Both the position numbers and the translations under genes were made by a program. The notes under the pieces were generated by a model. That model had not been told where the DNA came from. It did no database searches and saw only the letters and a list, made by a program, of their open reading frames with translations. Source: an uncultured Chloroflexia bacterium (GTDB lineage Bacteria > Chloroflexota > Limnocylindria > Limnocylindrales > CSP1-4). Taken from it: a stretch of DNA of 64,000 nucleotides. The DNA is taken from NCBI GenBank assembly GCA_963850035.1, contig CAWKJP010000012.1, positions 25,199 to 89,198 on the forward strand, written 5' to 3'. Shown piece by piece: positions 16,511-25,033 of this stretch (positions are counted from its first letter, which is position 1; the number at the start of each line of letters is the position of its first letter).

Positions 16511-17431
16511 ATGTCCGACCCGCGCCCCATCGGCGTCTTCGATTCGGGCGTGGGCGGGCTGACCGTCCTCCGCGAGATCCTGCGCCGCACGCCCCACGAG
16601 AGCCTGACCTACCTGGGCGACAACGCCCGTGCCCCGTACGGGACGCGGCCCGACGCCGAGGTTCGCCGATTCTCGATCGAGTGCCTCGATCGCCTCGTCG
16701 ATGGGGACGTCAAGGCGCTCGTCGTCGCCTGCAACACGTCCACGGCCGTCGCCCTCGGCGAGTATCGCCGCCGCTACGACATCCCGGTCCTGGGCGTCAT
16801 CCGGCCTGGCGCCCAGGCTGCGGCGCTCGCGACCCGGACGCGCCGGGTCGGCGTGATCGCGACGCCCGCCACGATCCGCTCGCACGCCTATTTCGACGCG
16901 ATCAAGGAGGAGAACCCGGCGGTCGAGGTCTACGAGCACGCGACGCCGACGCTCGTCCCGCTCGTGGAGGCCGGCGTGCTTGCCGGCGATGACGCCGTGG
17001 CCGCGGTCGCCGAGGCGCTCGGCCCGTTGCTCGGCCGGCGCGACGAGCACGGCGAGTTCATCCACTCGCTGCCACCGTCGGCGAAGATCGACACGCTGCT
17101 GCTGGGATGCACCCACTATCCGCTCCTCCGGCCGATCATCCAGGCGGCCGTCGGGGAGGGGGTCGCGATCGTCGACAGCGCGACCGCGACGGCCGGGGCG
17201 CTCGCAGAGCTGCTGTCCGTGAACGGCCTCGAGGCCCCGGGGACCACCCGGGGCACCGCCGCCGACGCCGGCGGCGCCGGACACGATGCACCCGCGATCC
17301 GGACCGCGCCTGCGATCCACCGGCTCCTCACGACCGGGAACCTCGTCGCGTTCCAGGCGCTGGTCGACCGCCTCTTCGGCGCGGATTTCCCCGCGGCCGA
17401 GGCGGCCGCGGTCGGCGCGGACGCGGCCTGA
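16511..17431 (+). CDS. murI: glutamate racemase
   Basis: IGVFDSGVGGLTVL, VVACNTS and LLGCTHYPLL, containing the two catalytic-Cys motifs. Confidence 0.92.
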   Translation: MSDPRPIGVFDSGVGGLTVLREILRRTPHESLTYLGDNARAPYGTRPDAEVRRFSIECLDRLVDGDVKALVVACNTSTAVALGEYRRRYDIPVLGVIRPGAQAAALATRTRRVGVIATPATIRSHAYFDAIKEENPAVEVYEHATPTLVPLVEAGVLAGDDAVAAVAEALGPLLGRRDEHGEFIHSLPPSAKIDTLLLGCTHYPLLRPIIQAAVGEGVAIVDSATATAGALAELLSVNGLEAPGTTRGTAADAGGAGHDAPAIRTAPAIHRLLTTGNLVAFQALVDRLFGADFPAAEAAAVGADAA

Positions 17432-17439
17432 GGGCAACG

Positions 17440-18645
17440 GTGACGGCAGGGCGGAGCGGCGCGCGGCGTCCGACCGGGCGCTCGTCCCCGAGCACGTGGC
17501 AGGCGGGCTTCCTGGTGGGCGCCGCCCTCGGCGCGGTCATCACGGTCCTGGGGCGGCGCGCGGAGGACGAGGCGCGCACCGGCCTGGTGGACTGGCATGC
17601 CGTGGCGCGCCTTGCCGAGGCGCGCCTCCGACATGCGCCGGGGACGCTCGGGGCATCCGAGATCGCGGCCACCGAGCCGGCCTATGCGGCCGCGATGGCG
17701 CGCGTCGTCCCGGCGCTGGAGGCTGCGCTCGGCGTTCCACTGCCGGGCATCGTCGATCGCGTGGCCGTGGTCGACCGCGCGGGCTGGGTCGAGGCGAACC
17801 TCGTGACGTTCGCGGACCTGTTCGGCAAGCTCGAGAGCGGGCTCATCGACCAGCTCGTTCCGCGGGGCGCCGGCCTCGTGAAGGCATCGATGGCGCTGGC
17901 CAACCGCTGGATCACGACGCGGCAGCTCGCCTTCCTGCTCGGCTTCATGGGCCAGCGCGTGCTGGGCCAGTACGACCTCGCGCTGCTCTCGGCAGAGGCA
18001 CAGCCGGGGCAGCTGCTCTTCGTGGAGGAGAACATCCGGGCGACGGCGGCGGCGCTCCGCGTCGACGTGGCGCCGTTCCGGACCTGGATCGCCCTCCACG
18101 AGACGACCCACGCCTTCGAGTTCGAGGCGCACCCGTGGCTGCGTCCCTACCTGGCGGATCGGCTGGAGCGGCAGCTCCGGGCGTTCTCGCGGAGCACCGC
18201 CTCGCTCGGCGGCGACGCGACGCGGGCGCTCGGGCGGGCGCTGCGCGGCGGCGACGGCCACTGGCTCGAGCGGCTCATGTCCGACGAGCAGCGGACGCTC
18301 TTCCGCGAGACCCAGGCGGTGATGAGCCTGCTGGAGGGGTTCGGCGACCACGTCATGGATTCGGTGGGCAAGGACCTCGTCCCCGGCGTCGAGACCATCT
18401 CGGCGCGGTTCCACGCGCGACGCGCGTCGCGAACGCCGATGGAGCGGGCGATCCTGCGGATCACGGGGCTCGACCTGAAGATGGAGCAGTACGCCCGCGG
18501 CGAACGGTTCGTCGCCGGGATCGAGCGGATCGGCGGCCCCGTGGCGCTGCGCCGCCTATGGGACGGTCCCGAGACGCTGCCCCGCGACGACGAGCTGGAC
18601 CACCCCGAGCGCTGGACCCGGCGCGTGCTTCGGACCTCCGCATGA
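17440..18645 (+). CDS. zinc-dependent metalloprotease, DUF2342 family
   Basis: The HETTHAFEF zinc motif and overall similarity to the actinobacterial DUF2342 / putative hydrolase family. Start assigned to GTG 17440, just after the murI stop. Confidence 0.7.
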   Translation: MTAGRSGARRPTGRSSPSTWQAGFLVGAALGAVITVLGRRAEDEARTGLVDWHAVARLAEARLRHAPGTLGASEIAATEPAYAAAMARVVPALEAALGVPLPGIVDRVAVVDRAGWVEANLVTFADLFGKLESGLIDQLVPRGAGLVKASMALANRWITTRQLAFLLGFMGQRVLGQYDLALLSAEAQPGQLLFVEENIRATAAALRVDVAPFRTWIALHETTHAFEFEAHPWLRPYLADRLERQLRAFSRSTASLGGDATRALGRALRGGDGHWLERLMSDEQRTLFRETQAVMSLLEGFGDHVMDSVGKDLVPGVETISARFHARRASRTPMERAILRITGLDLKMEQYARGERFVAGIERIGGPVALRRLWDGPETLPRDDELDHPERWTRRVLRTSA

Positions 18646-19682
18646 GCGCCGAGCCGACCGGGGCAAGCCCTGGGCCGGGGAGTGGCCCCGGTGGCGTCCC
18701 GCGCGCCATCGCCCTCTCGCCGATCCTCTCCGCACGCTACCGGCCGCAGGACGTTTCCCGGATCGCCGCGGCGGCGCCGGGCGCGCGGCTCGTCACGATC
18801 TCGCGCGAAGGGCTCGCCGACGGCCCCGTCGACGATGTCGAGGTCCTGCTCCACGGCTTCCTCGCTGCCGACGCGTTCGACCGCCTCCTCGCGCACGCGC
18901 CGTCCCTGCGCTGGGTGCATTCGGCGGCCGCGGGCGTCGAGCGGCTCCTCACGCCGGCCGCCCGCGCGCGGGGGCTTGCCATCACGAACGCCCGTGGCGT
19001 CTTCAGCCGCCCGATCGCGGAGTACGTCCTGCTCATGATGCTGGCGGTCAGCCGGCGCCTCCCGCAGCTCCTGGAGCTCCAGGCGGAGCGGACGTGGCAG
19101 CCGCTCGAGGGACGCGAGCTCCGCGACGTCACCCTCGGGATCGTCGGCTTCGGAAGCATCGGGCGCACGGTGGCGGAGCTTGCGGCACCATTCGGTCCGC
19201 GCGTGATCGCCATGCGCCGCGATCCGTCGCCCAAGCCCGGCGAGCCGGCGCTCCCCGCGGGCGTCGACCTGCGCGGCCCCGAGGCGTTCGGCGACCTCCT
19301 CGCGGTCTCCGACTTCGTCGTCCTGGCGCTGCCCCTCACGGTGGAGACGGAGGACCTCGTGGACGACCGCGCGCTCGCGCTCATGAAGCGGACGGCGTGG
19401 CTCATCAACGTGGCGCGCGGCCGGCTGATCGTGGAGCGCGCCCTGCTCCGGGCGCTCGGGGAAGGCCGGCTGGGTGGCGCCGTGCTCGACGCCTTCCGTG
19501 ACGAGCCGCTCCCTGCCACCTCGCCCTTCTACGACCTTCCCAACGTCATCCTGACGCCGCACACGGCCTGGTCGAGCGGCCGGGTCCTGGACCGGAGCGT
19601 CGAGCTCTTCGCCGAGAACCTCCGCCTCTTCGCCGCGGGCGAGCCGCTGCTCAACAGCGTGGACGCCCGGGCCGGATACTGA
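18642..19682 (+). CDS. D-isomer-specific 2-hydroxyacid dehydrogenase, NAD-binding
   Basis: GIVGFGSIGR Rossmann motif, NVARG and TPHTAW catalytic region. ATGA overlap with the upstream stop. Confidence 0.85.
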   Translation: MSAEPTGASPGPGSGPGGVPRAIALSPILSARYRPQDVSRIAAAAPGARLVTISREGLADGPVDDVEVLLHGFLAADAFDRLLAHAPSLRWVHSAAAGVERLLTPAARARGLAITNARGVFSRPIAEYVLLMMLAVSRRLPQLLELQAERTWQPLEGRELRDVTLGIVGFGSIGRTVAELAAPFGPRVIAMRRDPSPKPGEPALPAGVDLRGPEAFGDLLAVSDFVVLALPLTVETEDLVDDRALALMKRTAWLINVARGRLIVERALLRALGEGRLGGAVLDAFRDEPLPATSPFYDLPNVILTPHTAWSSGRVLDRSVELFAENLRLFAAGEPLLNSVDARAGY

Positions 19683-19686
19683 CTGG

Positions 19687-20790
19687 ATGCAGATCGCGAT
19701 CGTCGGGCTGGCCGGGTCGGGCAAGACAACGGTCTTCAACACGCTCACCCGGGGGAACGTCCAGACCGGCGGGTTCGGGGGGATGGAGCTCCACGTGGGC
19801 GTGGTCAAGGTGCCGGACCCCCGGCTCGACCGGCTGGCCGAGATCTTCCATCCGAAGAAGGTCATCCACGCCGACGTGACGTACGTGGACCTGCCTGCCC
19901 CGCCCGCGTCGACGGAGGGCCACGTCGGCACGGAGGAGCTCCCGGCGGAGCACCTCGCCCGCCTGCGGGATGCGGATGCGCTGCTCCACGTCATTCGTGC
20001 CTGGGACGATCCCGCGCTGCCGCACCCGTCCGGCTCGGTCGACCCGTGGCGGGACCTGGAGCAGCTGGACCTGGAGTTCGTGCTGGCGGACCTCGCCGTG
20101 GTGGATCGCCGGCTCGAGCGGCTCCGTGGCGCCGGGCGGCACGGGACGCCGGCTGAGCGGGAGGCGAACGAGCGCGAGCTGCCCCTGCTCGAGCGGCTCC
20201 GGGCGCGGCTCGTGGCGGGCCATCCAATTCGTGACGATGCGCTCGATCTGGACGAGGAGAAGCACCTGCGGGGCTTCCGCTTCCTGACCCAGAAGCCGGT
20301 CCTCATCCTGCTCAACGTCGGTGAGGGAGACCTGGCCACGTCACGGGCCCGGGTGGCCGAGATGACCAGCCGGTATGCGCACCGGCACGCGCTCATCGAC
20401 CTCCTCTCGGCGCGGATCGAGATGGAGCTCGGCCAGCTCGACCCCGAGGAGGCGGCTGTCTTCGGCGCGGAGCTGGGCATCACGGAGTCGTCGCTCGATC
20501 GCGTGATCGGCCTCTCGTACCGCCTGCTCGGGCTGGTCTCGTTCCTGACCGCCGGGCCCGACGAGGTCCGGGCCTGGCCGATCCCCGACGGCTCCACCGC
20601 GGTGGATGCGGCGGCCGCCATCCACACCGACCTCGCCCGCGGCTTCATCCGCGCCGAGACCGTCCTGTACGAGGACCTCGTTGCGCTCGGGACCATGGCC
20701 GAGGCCCGCCGCCACGGCAAGCTGCGGTCCGAGGGCAAGACGTACCACGTCCGGGACGGCGACGTCCTCGAGATTCTCTTCTCCAAGTGA
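19687..20790 (+). CDS. ychF: redox-regulated / ribosome-binding ATPase YchF
   Basis: MQIAIVGLAGSGKTTVFN P-loop, a central coiled-coil insert, and a C-terminal TGS-like domain (GFIRAETV...GKLRSEGKTYHVRDGDVL). Confidence 0.9.
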   Translation: MQIAIVGLAGSGKTTVFNTLTRGNVQTGGFGGMELHVGVVKVPDPRLDRLAEIFHPKKVIHADVTYVDLPAPPASTEGHVGTEELPAEHLARLRDADALLHVIRAWDDPALPHPSGSVDPWRDLEQLDLEFVLADLAVVDRRLERLRGAGRHGTPAEREANERELPLLERLRARLVAGHPIRDDALDLDEEKHLRGFRFLTQKPVLILLNVGEGDLATSRARVAEMTSRYAHRHALIDLLSARIEMELGQLDPEEAAVFGAELGITESSLDRVIGLSYRLLGLVSFLTAGPDEVRAWPIPDGSTAVDAAAAIHTDLARGFIRAETVLYEDLVALGTMAEARRHGKLRSEGKTYHVRDGDVLEILFSK

Positions 20791-20800
20791 CCGGCCCCAC

Positions 20801-21823
20801 GTGACCGGCCGGCCGGGCCGCGCCGCCCGACTCGCCGGCGTGGGTGCGCACGAGCCCGAGGTCGTGATCGCCGGGTCCGGGTGCCGCGACGTCGCCCCCG
20901 ACGATCCGCGCGGCTGGCGCCTGGGCGGGGGCGTGACGTATGCGGCGCTCACGTGCGCGCGACTGGGGATCCGCACGGCCGCGGTGATCGGCCTGGACCC
21001 GCAGGCCTACGAGTCGCGCGAGCTCGAGCTGCTCGCGGACGCCGGTGTCACGCTGCTCCGCGTCCGGCTCCCGCTGGGCCCGGTCTTCCGGAACGTCGAT
21101 GCGCCGGGCGGCCGGGTCCAGACCTGCCTGGAGCCGGGGCTCCCGCTGCCCCACGTCGCGGTGCCGCTGGCCTGGCGAGCCGCTCCCGCCTGGATCCTGG
21201 CGCCCGTCGCCGGCGAGCTCGACGACGCCTGGGCTGACCCGATCCCCGCGGACGCGTTCGTCGCCCTGGGGTGGCAGGGCCTGCTGCGCACGCTCCGTGC
21301 GGGCACGCGCGTTGAGCGCAGGGCGCCGGCGCCAGGGCGCCTGGTGCGGCGCGCCGACGTCATCGGGGTCAGCGAGCACGATGTAGCCCCGGGGACCTCA
21401 CCCGAGGACCTCGCCCCGCTGCTGCACGCGGGCGCGTGGCTGGTCTTCACGCATGGGGTCGCCGGCGGGCGCATCGCCGAGGTGACAGCGGATGGGCTCG
21501 GGAGCATCGTCCACTACCCCGCGGTCGAGGCGGCGGGCGAGCTGGATGCGACCGGCGCGGGCGACACGTTCCTCGCCGCCCTGGTCGCGAGCGTGCTCTC
21601 GGCCTCGGGCGACCGGACGGACGATTCCGTCGGGATTCCCGCGAGGGAGGGCGGCGCCGGCGCGCCGGGGACGCGGCCGGACGTCCGCTTCGCGGCCGCC
21701 GCGGCCTCATTCACCGTGGAAGGGCCGGGCCTGACGGCCGTGCCGGACCGGGCGGCGGTCCTCCGCCGTCTCGCCGGGAGCGCGGGTCAGTCGTCGCCCG
21801 AGCCGCCGTCCTCCCCGACATAG
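20801..21823 (+). CDS. PfkB-family carbohydrate/nucleoside kinase
   Basis: C-terminal DATGAGDTFLAAL motif and ribokinase-like fold. Start assigned to GTG 20801. Its 3' end overlaps the convergent gene by 37 nt. Confidence 0.7.
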   Translation: MTGRPGRAARLAGVGAHEPEVVIAGSGCRDVAPDDPRGWRLGGGVTYAALTCARLGIRTAAVIGLDPQAYESRELELLADAGVTLLRVRLPLGPVFRNVDAPGGRVQTCLEPGLPLPHVAVPLAWRAAPAWILAPVAGELDDAWADPIPADAFVALGWQGLLRTLRAGTRVERRAPAPGRLVRRADVIGVSEHDVAPGTSPEDLAPLLHAGAWLVFTHGVAGGRIAEVTADGLGSIVHYPAVEAAGELDATGAGDTFLAALVASVLSASGDRTDDSVGIPAREGGAGAPGTRPDVRFAAAAASFTVEGPGLTAVPDRAAVLRRLAGSAGQSSPEPPSSPT

Positions 21824-22152
21824 TCGGCGAAGGCGCCCCGGTAGTCGGCGTTCGCGAGGCCGAGCGCGCTGAACTCGTCCTCGGACGCGATCAGATAGTT
21901 CTCGTCCTCGTCGGTCGACACGTTCACCGCCGCCGTCACCCGCTCGTCGGAGACGAAGATGAAGGCGTAGGTGCGCTCGAGCTCGACGGCGATCGCCTCG
22001 ATCAGGGTGTCCTCCTCGTGGTGGCCCTGGACGTTCTTGCGGATGCCCTGCACCAGGTCGAAGAACTCGTCCGCGGGCATCTCCTCCTCGCGGGCGAGCA
22101 GGACGTCGGAGTAGAGCTCGTCGTCGCCCTCGTGGAGCTCGTAGAAGTGCAC
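21787..22152 (-). CDS. hypothetical, strongly acidic small protein
   Basis: 121 aa, roughly one third Asp+Glu and almost no basic residues. GTG start with AAGGAG upstream. Same strand as, and 32 nt downstream of, the cysteine-desulfurase-like gene. Confidence 0.6.
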   Translation of the reverse strand: MHFYELHEGDDELYSDVLLAREEEMPADEFFDLVQGIRKNVQGHHEEDTLIEAIAVELERTYAFIFVSDERVTAAVNVSTDEDENYLIASEDEFSALGLANADYRGAFADYVGEDGGSGDD

Positions 22153-22183
22153 CGGATCTCCTTTGGGTGGGTGGGCCCGGATT

Positions 22184-23470
22184 CTACCGGGAGCGCGGGC
22201 GCGGGCCGGCGGGCACGCGGGCCGGGAGTTCCGCGAGGGCCTCGAGCGTCCGGTCGACCTCTGCCGCGGTGGAGTAGTGGACGAGGCCGAGGCGCAGCAC
22301 GCCCCCTGCCTCGTGGAGGCCCAGGCGCTCGATCAGGCCCCGGGCATAGAAGTCGCCGTCCCAGGTGAAGATCCCCGTTCGACCGAGCGCCGCCGCGGCG
22401 TCCGCCGGGGAGGTTCCGGCCATCGTGATCGCGAAGGTGGGCGTCCGCTCCGCGAGCCGCGCGGGGTCGGCGATCCCCCACAGGCGCACGCCCGGGATCG
22501 CGGCGAGGCCCGCGAGCATCCGGTCTGCAAGCGGCCGCTCGTGGCGCGCGATCGCCCGCATGGCGGCCACGAGCTCGCTGCGCGCGTCGCCCGTATCCGC
22601 GCCGTCGGCCGCGTCCCCGCACGTCCGCCCGAGCTCGCGCAGATACTCGACGGCGGCGAGCGTCCCCGCGTACGCCTCGAACGATGGCGTCCCGGTCTCG
22701 AAGCGATCGTGGGCCGGACGGACCTTGTAGGCGGGCAGGCGGTCGAGAACCGCGGCCTTCCCGTAGAGCGCGCCGAGGTGGGGTCCGAACCACTTGTAGA
22801 CCGAGCAGACGAGGAAGTCCGCATCGAGGCTCACCACGTCGATGGAGCCATGCGGCGCGAAATGGACCGCGTCGACGAACGCGAGCGCCCCGGCCGCGTG
22901 CGCCCGCCGAACGATCTCCCGGACGGGGTTGACGGTACCCAGCGCGTTCGAGGCGTATCCGAATGCGACGAGCCGGGTTCGGGGCCCGAGGGCCGCGTCG
23001 AGCGAGTCGAGATCGAGCGTGCCGTCCTCGGCATGGATGTCGACGGTCCGCACGACCAGCCCGCGATCAGCGGCGATCGCCCGCCACGGCGACACGTTGG
23101 CTTCGTGGTCGAGCGTGGTGACCACGATCTCGTCCCCGGCCGCGAATGTCGCGGCGATCGCCCGGCTGACGTGGAAGGTGAGCGAGGTCATGTTCGCGCC
23201 GAACTTGACCTCATCGGGCGAGGCCGCCCCGAGGAAGGCCGCCACGGCGGCATGCGCAGCCTCCGCGAGCGCGTCGGTCGCCTGGCTCGTGATGAAGGCC
23301 CCGCCGCTGTTCGCGTTCATCGTCCGGTAGTAGCCGGAGACCGCGTCGATCACCCGCTCCGGGACCTGCGTCCCGCCCGGACCGTCGAGGAAGACCACGG
23401 GCCGGCCGTCCTGCTGGCGGCGCAGGGCCGGGAACTGGGCGCGGATCGCGTCGACGTCGAATGGGGGCAT
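22184..23470 (-). CDS. cysteine desulfurase-like class-V aminotransferase
   Basis: 428 aa. DEIVVTTLDHEAN..., FLVCSVYKWFGPHLG (PLP-Lys context) and the C-terminal RLGLVHYST are typical of the SufS/CsdA-related 'cysteine desulfurase family protein' group. Confidence 0.82.
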   Translation of the reverse strand: MPPFDVDAIRAQFPALRRQQDGRPVVFLDGPGGTQVPERVIDAVSGYYRTMNANSGGAFITSQATDALAEAAHAAVAAFLGAASPDEVKFGANMTSLTFHVSRAIAATFAAGDEIVVTTLDHEANVSPWRAIAADRGLVVRTVDIHAEDGTLDLDSLDAALGPRTRLVAFGYASNALGTVNPVREIVRRAHAAGALAFVDAVHFAPHGSIDVVSLDADFLVCSVYKWFGPHLGALYGKAAVLDRLPAYKVRPAHDRFETGTPSFEAYAGTLAAVEYLRELGRTCGDAADGADTGDARSELVAAMRAIARHERPLADRMLAGLAAIPGVRLWGIADPARLAERTPTFAITMAGTSPADAAAALGRTGIFTWDGDFYARGLIERLGLHEAGGVLRLGLVHYSTAAEVDRTLEALAELPARVPAGPRPRSR

Positions 23471-23503
23471 GCGTGCTCCTGGCTGGGGCGGACTCGTCGC
23501 CCG

Positions 23504-23512
23504 AGCCTATCA
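23504..23512 (-). promoter_or_regulatory. candidate extended -10 (TGaTAGGCT) for the desulfurase-like gene
   Basis: Minus-strand TGATAGGCT lies 33 nt upstream of ATG 23470, with CAGGAG in the leader. Confidence 0.35.
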
Positions 23513-23573
23513 CCCGCGGTCCCGCCCGGGCCCGGCCCTGCGCGTCGGGCCGGGCCGCGATCCGTCCCGTGCC

Positions 23574-23624
23574 GCGATGAGGAGTCCGGCGATGCGCCGT
23601 CACGCGATGCACGGTGCGGCGATG
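23574..23624. repeat. four GCGATG hexamers at an exact 15-bp period
   Basis: GCGATG at 23574, 23589, 23604 and 23619, in the 225-bp spacer between the mrfB-like stop and the desulfurase-like start. Confidence 0.9.
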
Positions 23625-23695
23625 CATCGGGACGCGTTGGGCCGGGCGACCGATGCCCGGGCACCCGCGCGACCAGGCGGCATGCAGTCGAGCGG

Positions 23696-25033
23696 CTATC
23701 CGGCGGAGGGGGTACTGCCGCGAGCGGCACGCGCCGAGTCCCGGTCCGCGGCCCGGCGGAGCAGGTCGCCCAGGCGCCGGCGTCGATGCGCGAGGGCAGG
23801 CTCGAGCAGCGGGTCCGCGGCCCCGAGGAACCGCGAGCGCTCGGCGGCCCGCTCCGCGGCGGCCGTTGCCGCGAGCGCCCCGGCATGGTCCGCCAGGGCG
23901 TGCTCGCGCAGCTTCGCGACCTCGACCCAGGCGCGGGCAGCCCCGGGACCCCCCGCGCCGGCGATCGCCTCCCACGCGGCGGCCGCGTCCCGGTGGCGAC
24001 CGAGGCGGCGGAGCGTCCGGGCGCGCTCGGCGCGGATCCGCTCGCGCGAGACCGTGACGAGCGGGGCGACGGCGTCGAACGGCCACGCGCCGGACACGGG
24101 CACCGGGGTCCGCCAGCCCGCGTCCGCCTCGTCGAGGCAGCCGAGGGCCGCGTCGTGGCGCCGCTCACGGGTGAAGCCGCGCGCGAGCGCGACAAGATCG
24201 CCCGACGGGGCCAGCGGTCGGCGATCGGGGTCCGCGTAGCGCTGGTCCAGGTGGACCAGGAGCCGCCCGAGCGACCGCACGTCCTCCGCGTTGTGCTCGA
24301 CGACCGGGGCGAGCGGTCCCGCGCTCCCGCCGCGCACGAAGGAGAGATACCGCTCGGGGATCTCCCAGCCGCCCACGTCGCCGTCCCGCCGCACCCCGAG
24401 CAGCTCACGCTCCACCGTGGCGAGCCGTGCGTCGCCCAGGCGGTGGCGGAACAGGCGCCGGACATGGGGCAAGAGGTCGAGCATCCCGGCGTGGGCGGGC
24501 GCCGCCCGGCGCGCGAGTCGGTAGCGCGTGACGAGAAGGGGCCAGTCGAAGCCACGGCCGTTGTACGTGACGAGCCACGCGTCCGGCGGGATCGCCGCAT
24601 CGAGCGCGGCAAGGAGCGCCGGCTCATCGGCATGGTCCGGGCAGAGGAGCTGGACCTGGCGAAAGCGGTCGCCCTCCCACCAGCCGAGCCCGACCAGGAA
24701 CGCGAGCGTGCCCGCCGCGGTGCCCAGCCCGGTCGTCTCCGTGTCCAGGCAGACAAGGCGCGCCTCCGCGGGAGGCTGGCCAGGCAGCGAGGCGAGGCGC
24801 GTCCGCACGAGCGGCAGCGCGATGGTGGCGGGCTCGACGCGGACGACATGGCCGCCCGGCCCTCCGTGGCATTCGCCGCCCACGGCGGCCGCGAGGCGCT
24901 CGGCCCGACCGGCGCCGTCCGTTCGGCTCGGTGCCGGGAGCGCGGAGGGCGCGGCCGGCAGCCCCGTCGGGAGCGCCGCCCGCGCGATGCGAAGCGCGGC
25001 CAGACGGCGCTGGAGGAGCGCCGTCTCGCTCAT
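23696..25033 (-). CDS. mrfB: RNase H-like (DEDD) exonuclease, YprB/MrfB-like, with a helical C-terminal extension
   Basis: LVCLDTETTGL, YNGRGFDWPLL and VEHNAEDV exonuclease motifs. ATGA overlap (25030-25033) with the upstream helicase gene. Confidence 0.72.
   Translation of the reverse strand: MSETALLQRRLAALRIARAALPTGLPAAPSALPAPSRTDGAGRAERLAAAVGGECHGGPGGHVVRVEPATIALPLVRTRLASLPGQPPAEARLVCLDTETTGLGTAAGTLAFLVGLGWWEGDRFRQVQLLCPDHADEPALLAALDAAIPPDAWLVTYNGRGFDWPLLVTRYRLARRAAPAHAGMLDLLPHVRRLFRHRLGDARLATVERELLGVRRDGDVGGWEIPERYLSFVRGGSAGPLAPVVEHNAEDVRSLGRLLVHLDQRYADPDRRPLAPSGDLVALARGFTRERRHDAALGCLDEADAGWRTPVPVSGAWPFDAVAPLVTVSRERIRAERARTLRRLGRHRDAAAAWEAIAGAGGPGAARAWVEVAKLREHALADHAGALAATAAAERAAERSRFLGAADPLLEPALAHRRRRLGDLLRRAADRDSARAARGSTPSAG

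Noticed and set aside
20801-21823. The PfkB kinase as the missing iolC of the inositol pathway.
   Set aside because: It is 7 kb away with unrelated genes in between and is transcribed separately. Nothing in the sequence beyond the general ribokinase-family motifs supports IolC.
23571-23640. A Met-rich leader peptide (MRSPAMRRHAMHGAAMH) suggesting attenuation control.
   Set aside because: It is on the plus strand, where no gene follows; the downstream sequence is antisense to the mrfB-like gene. The periodic GCGATG motif is more simply a DNA-level feature.
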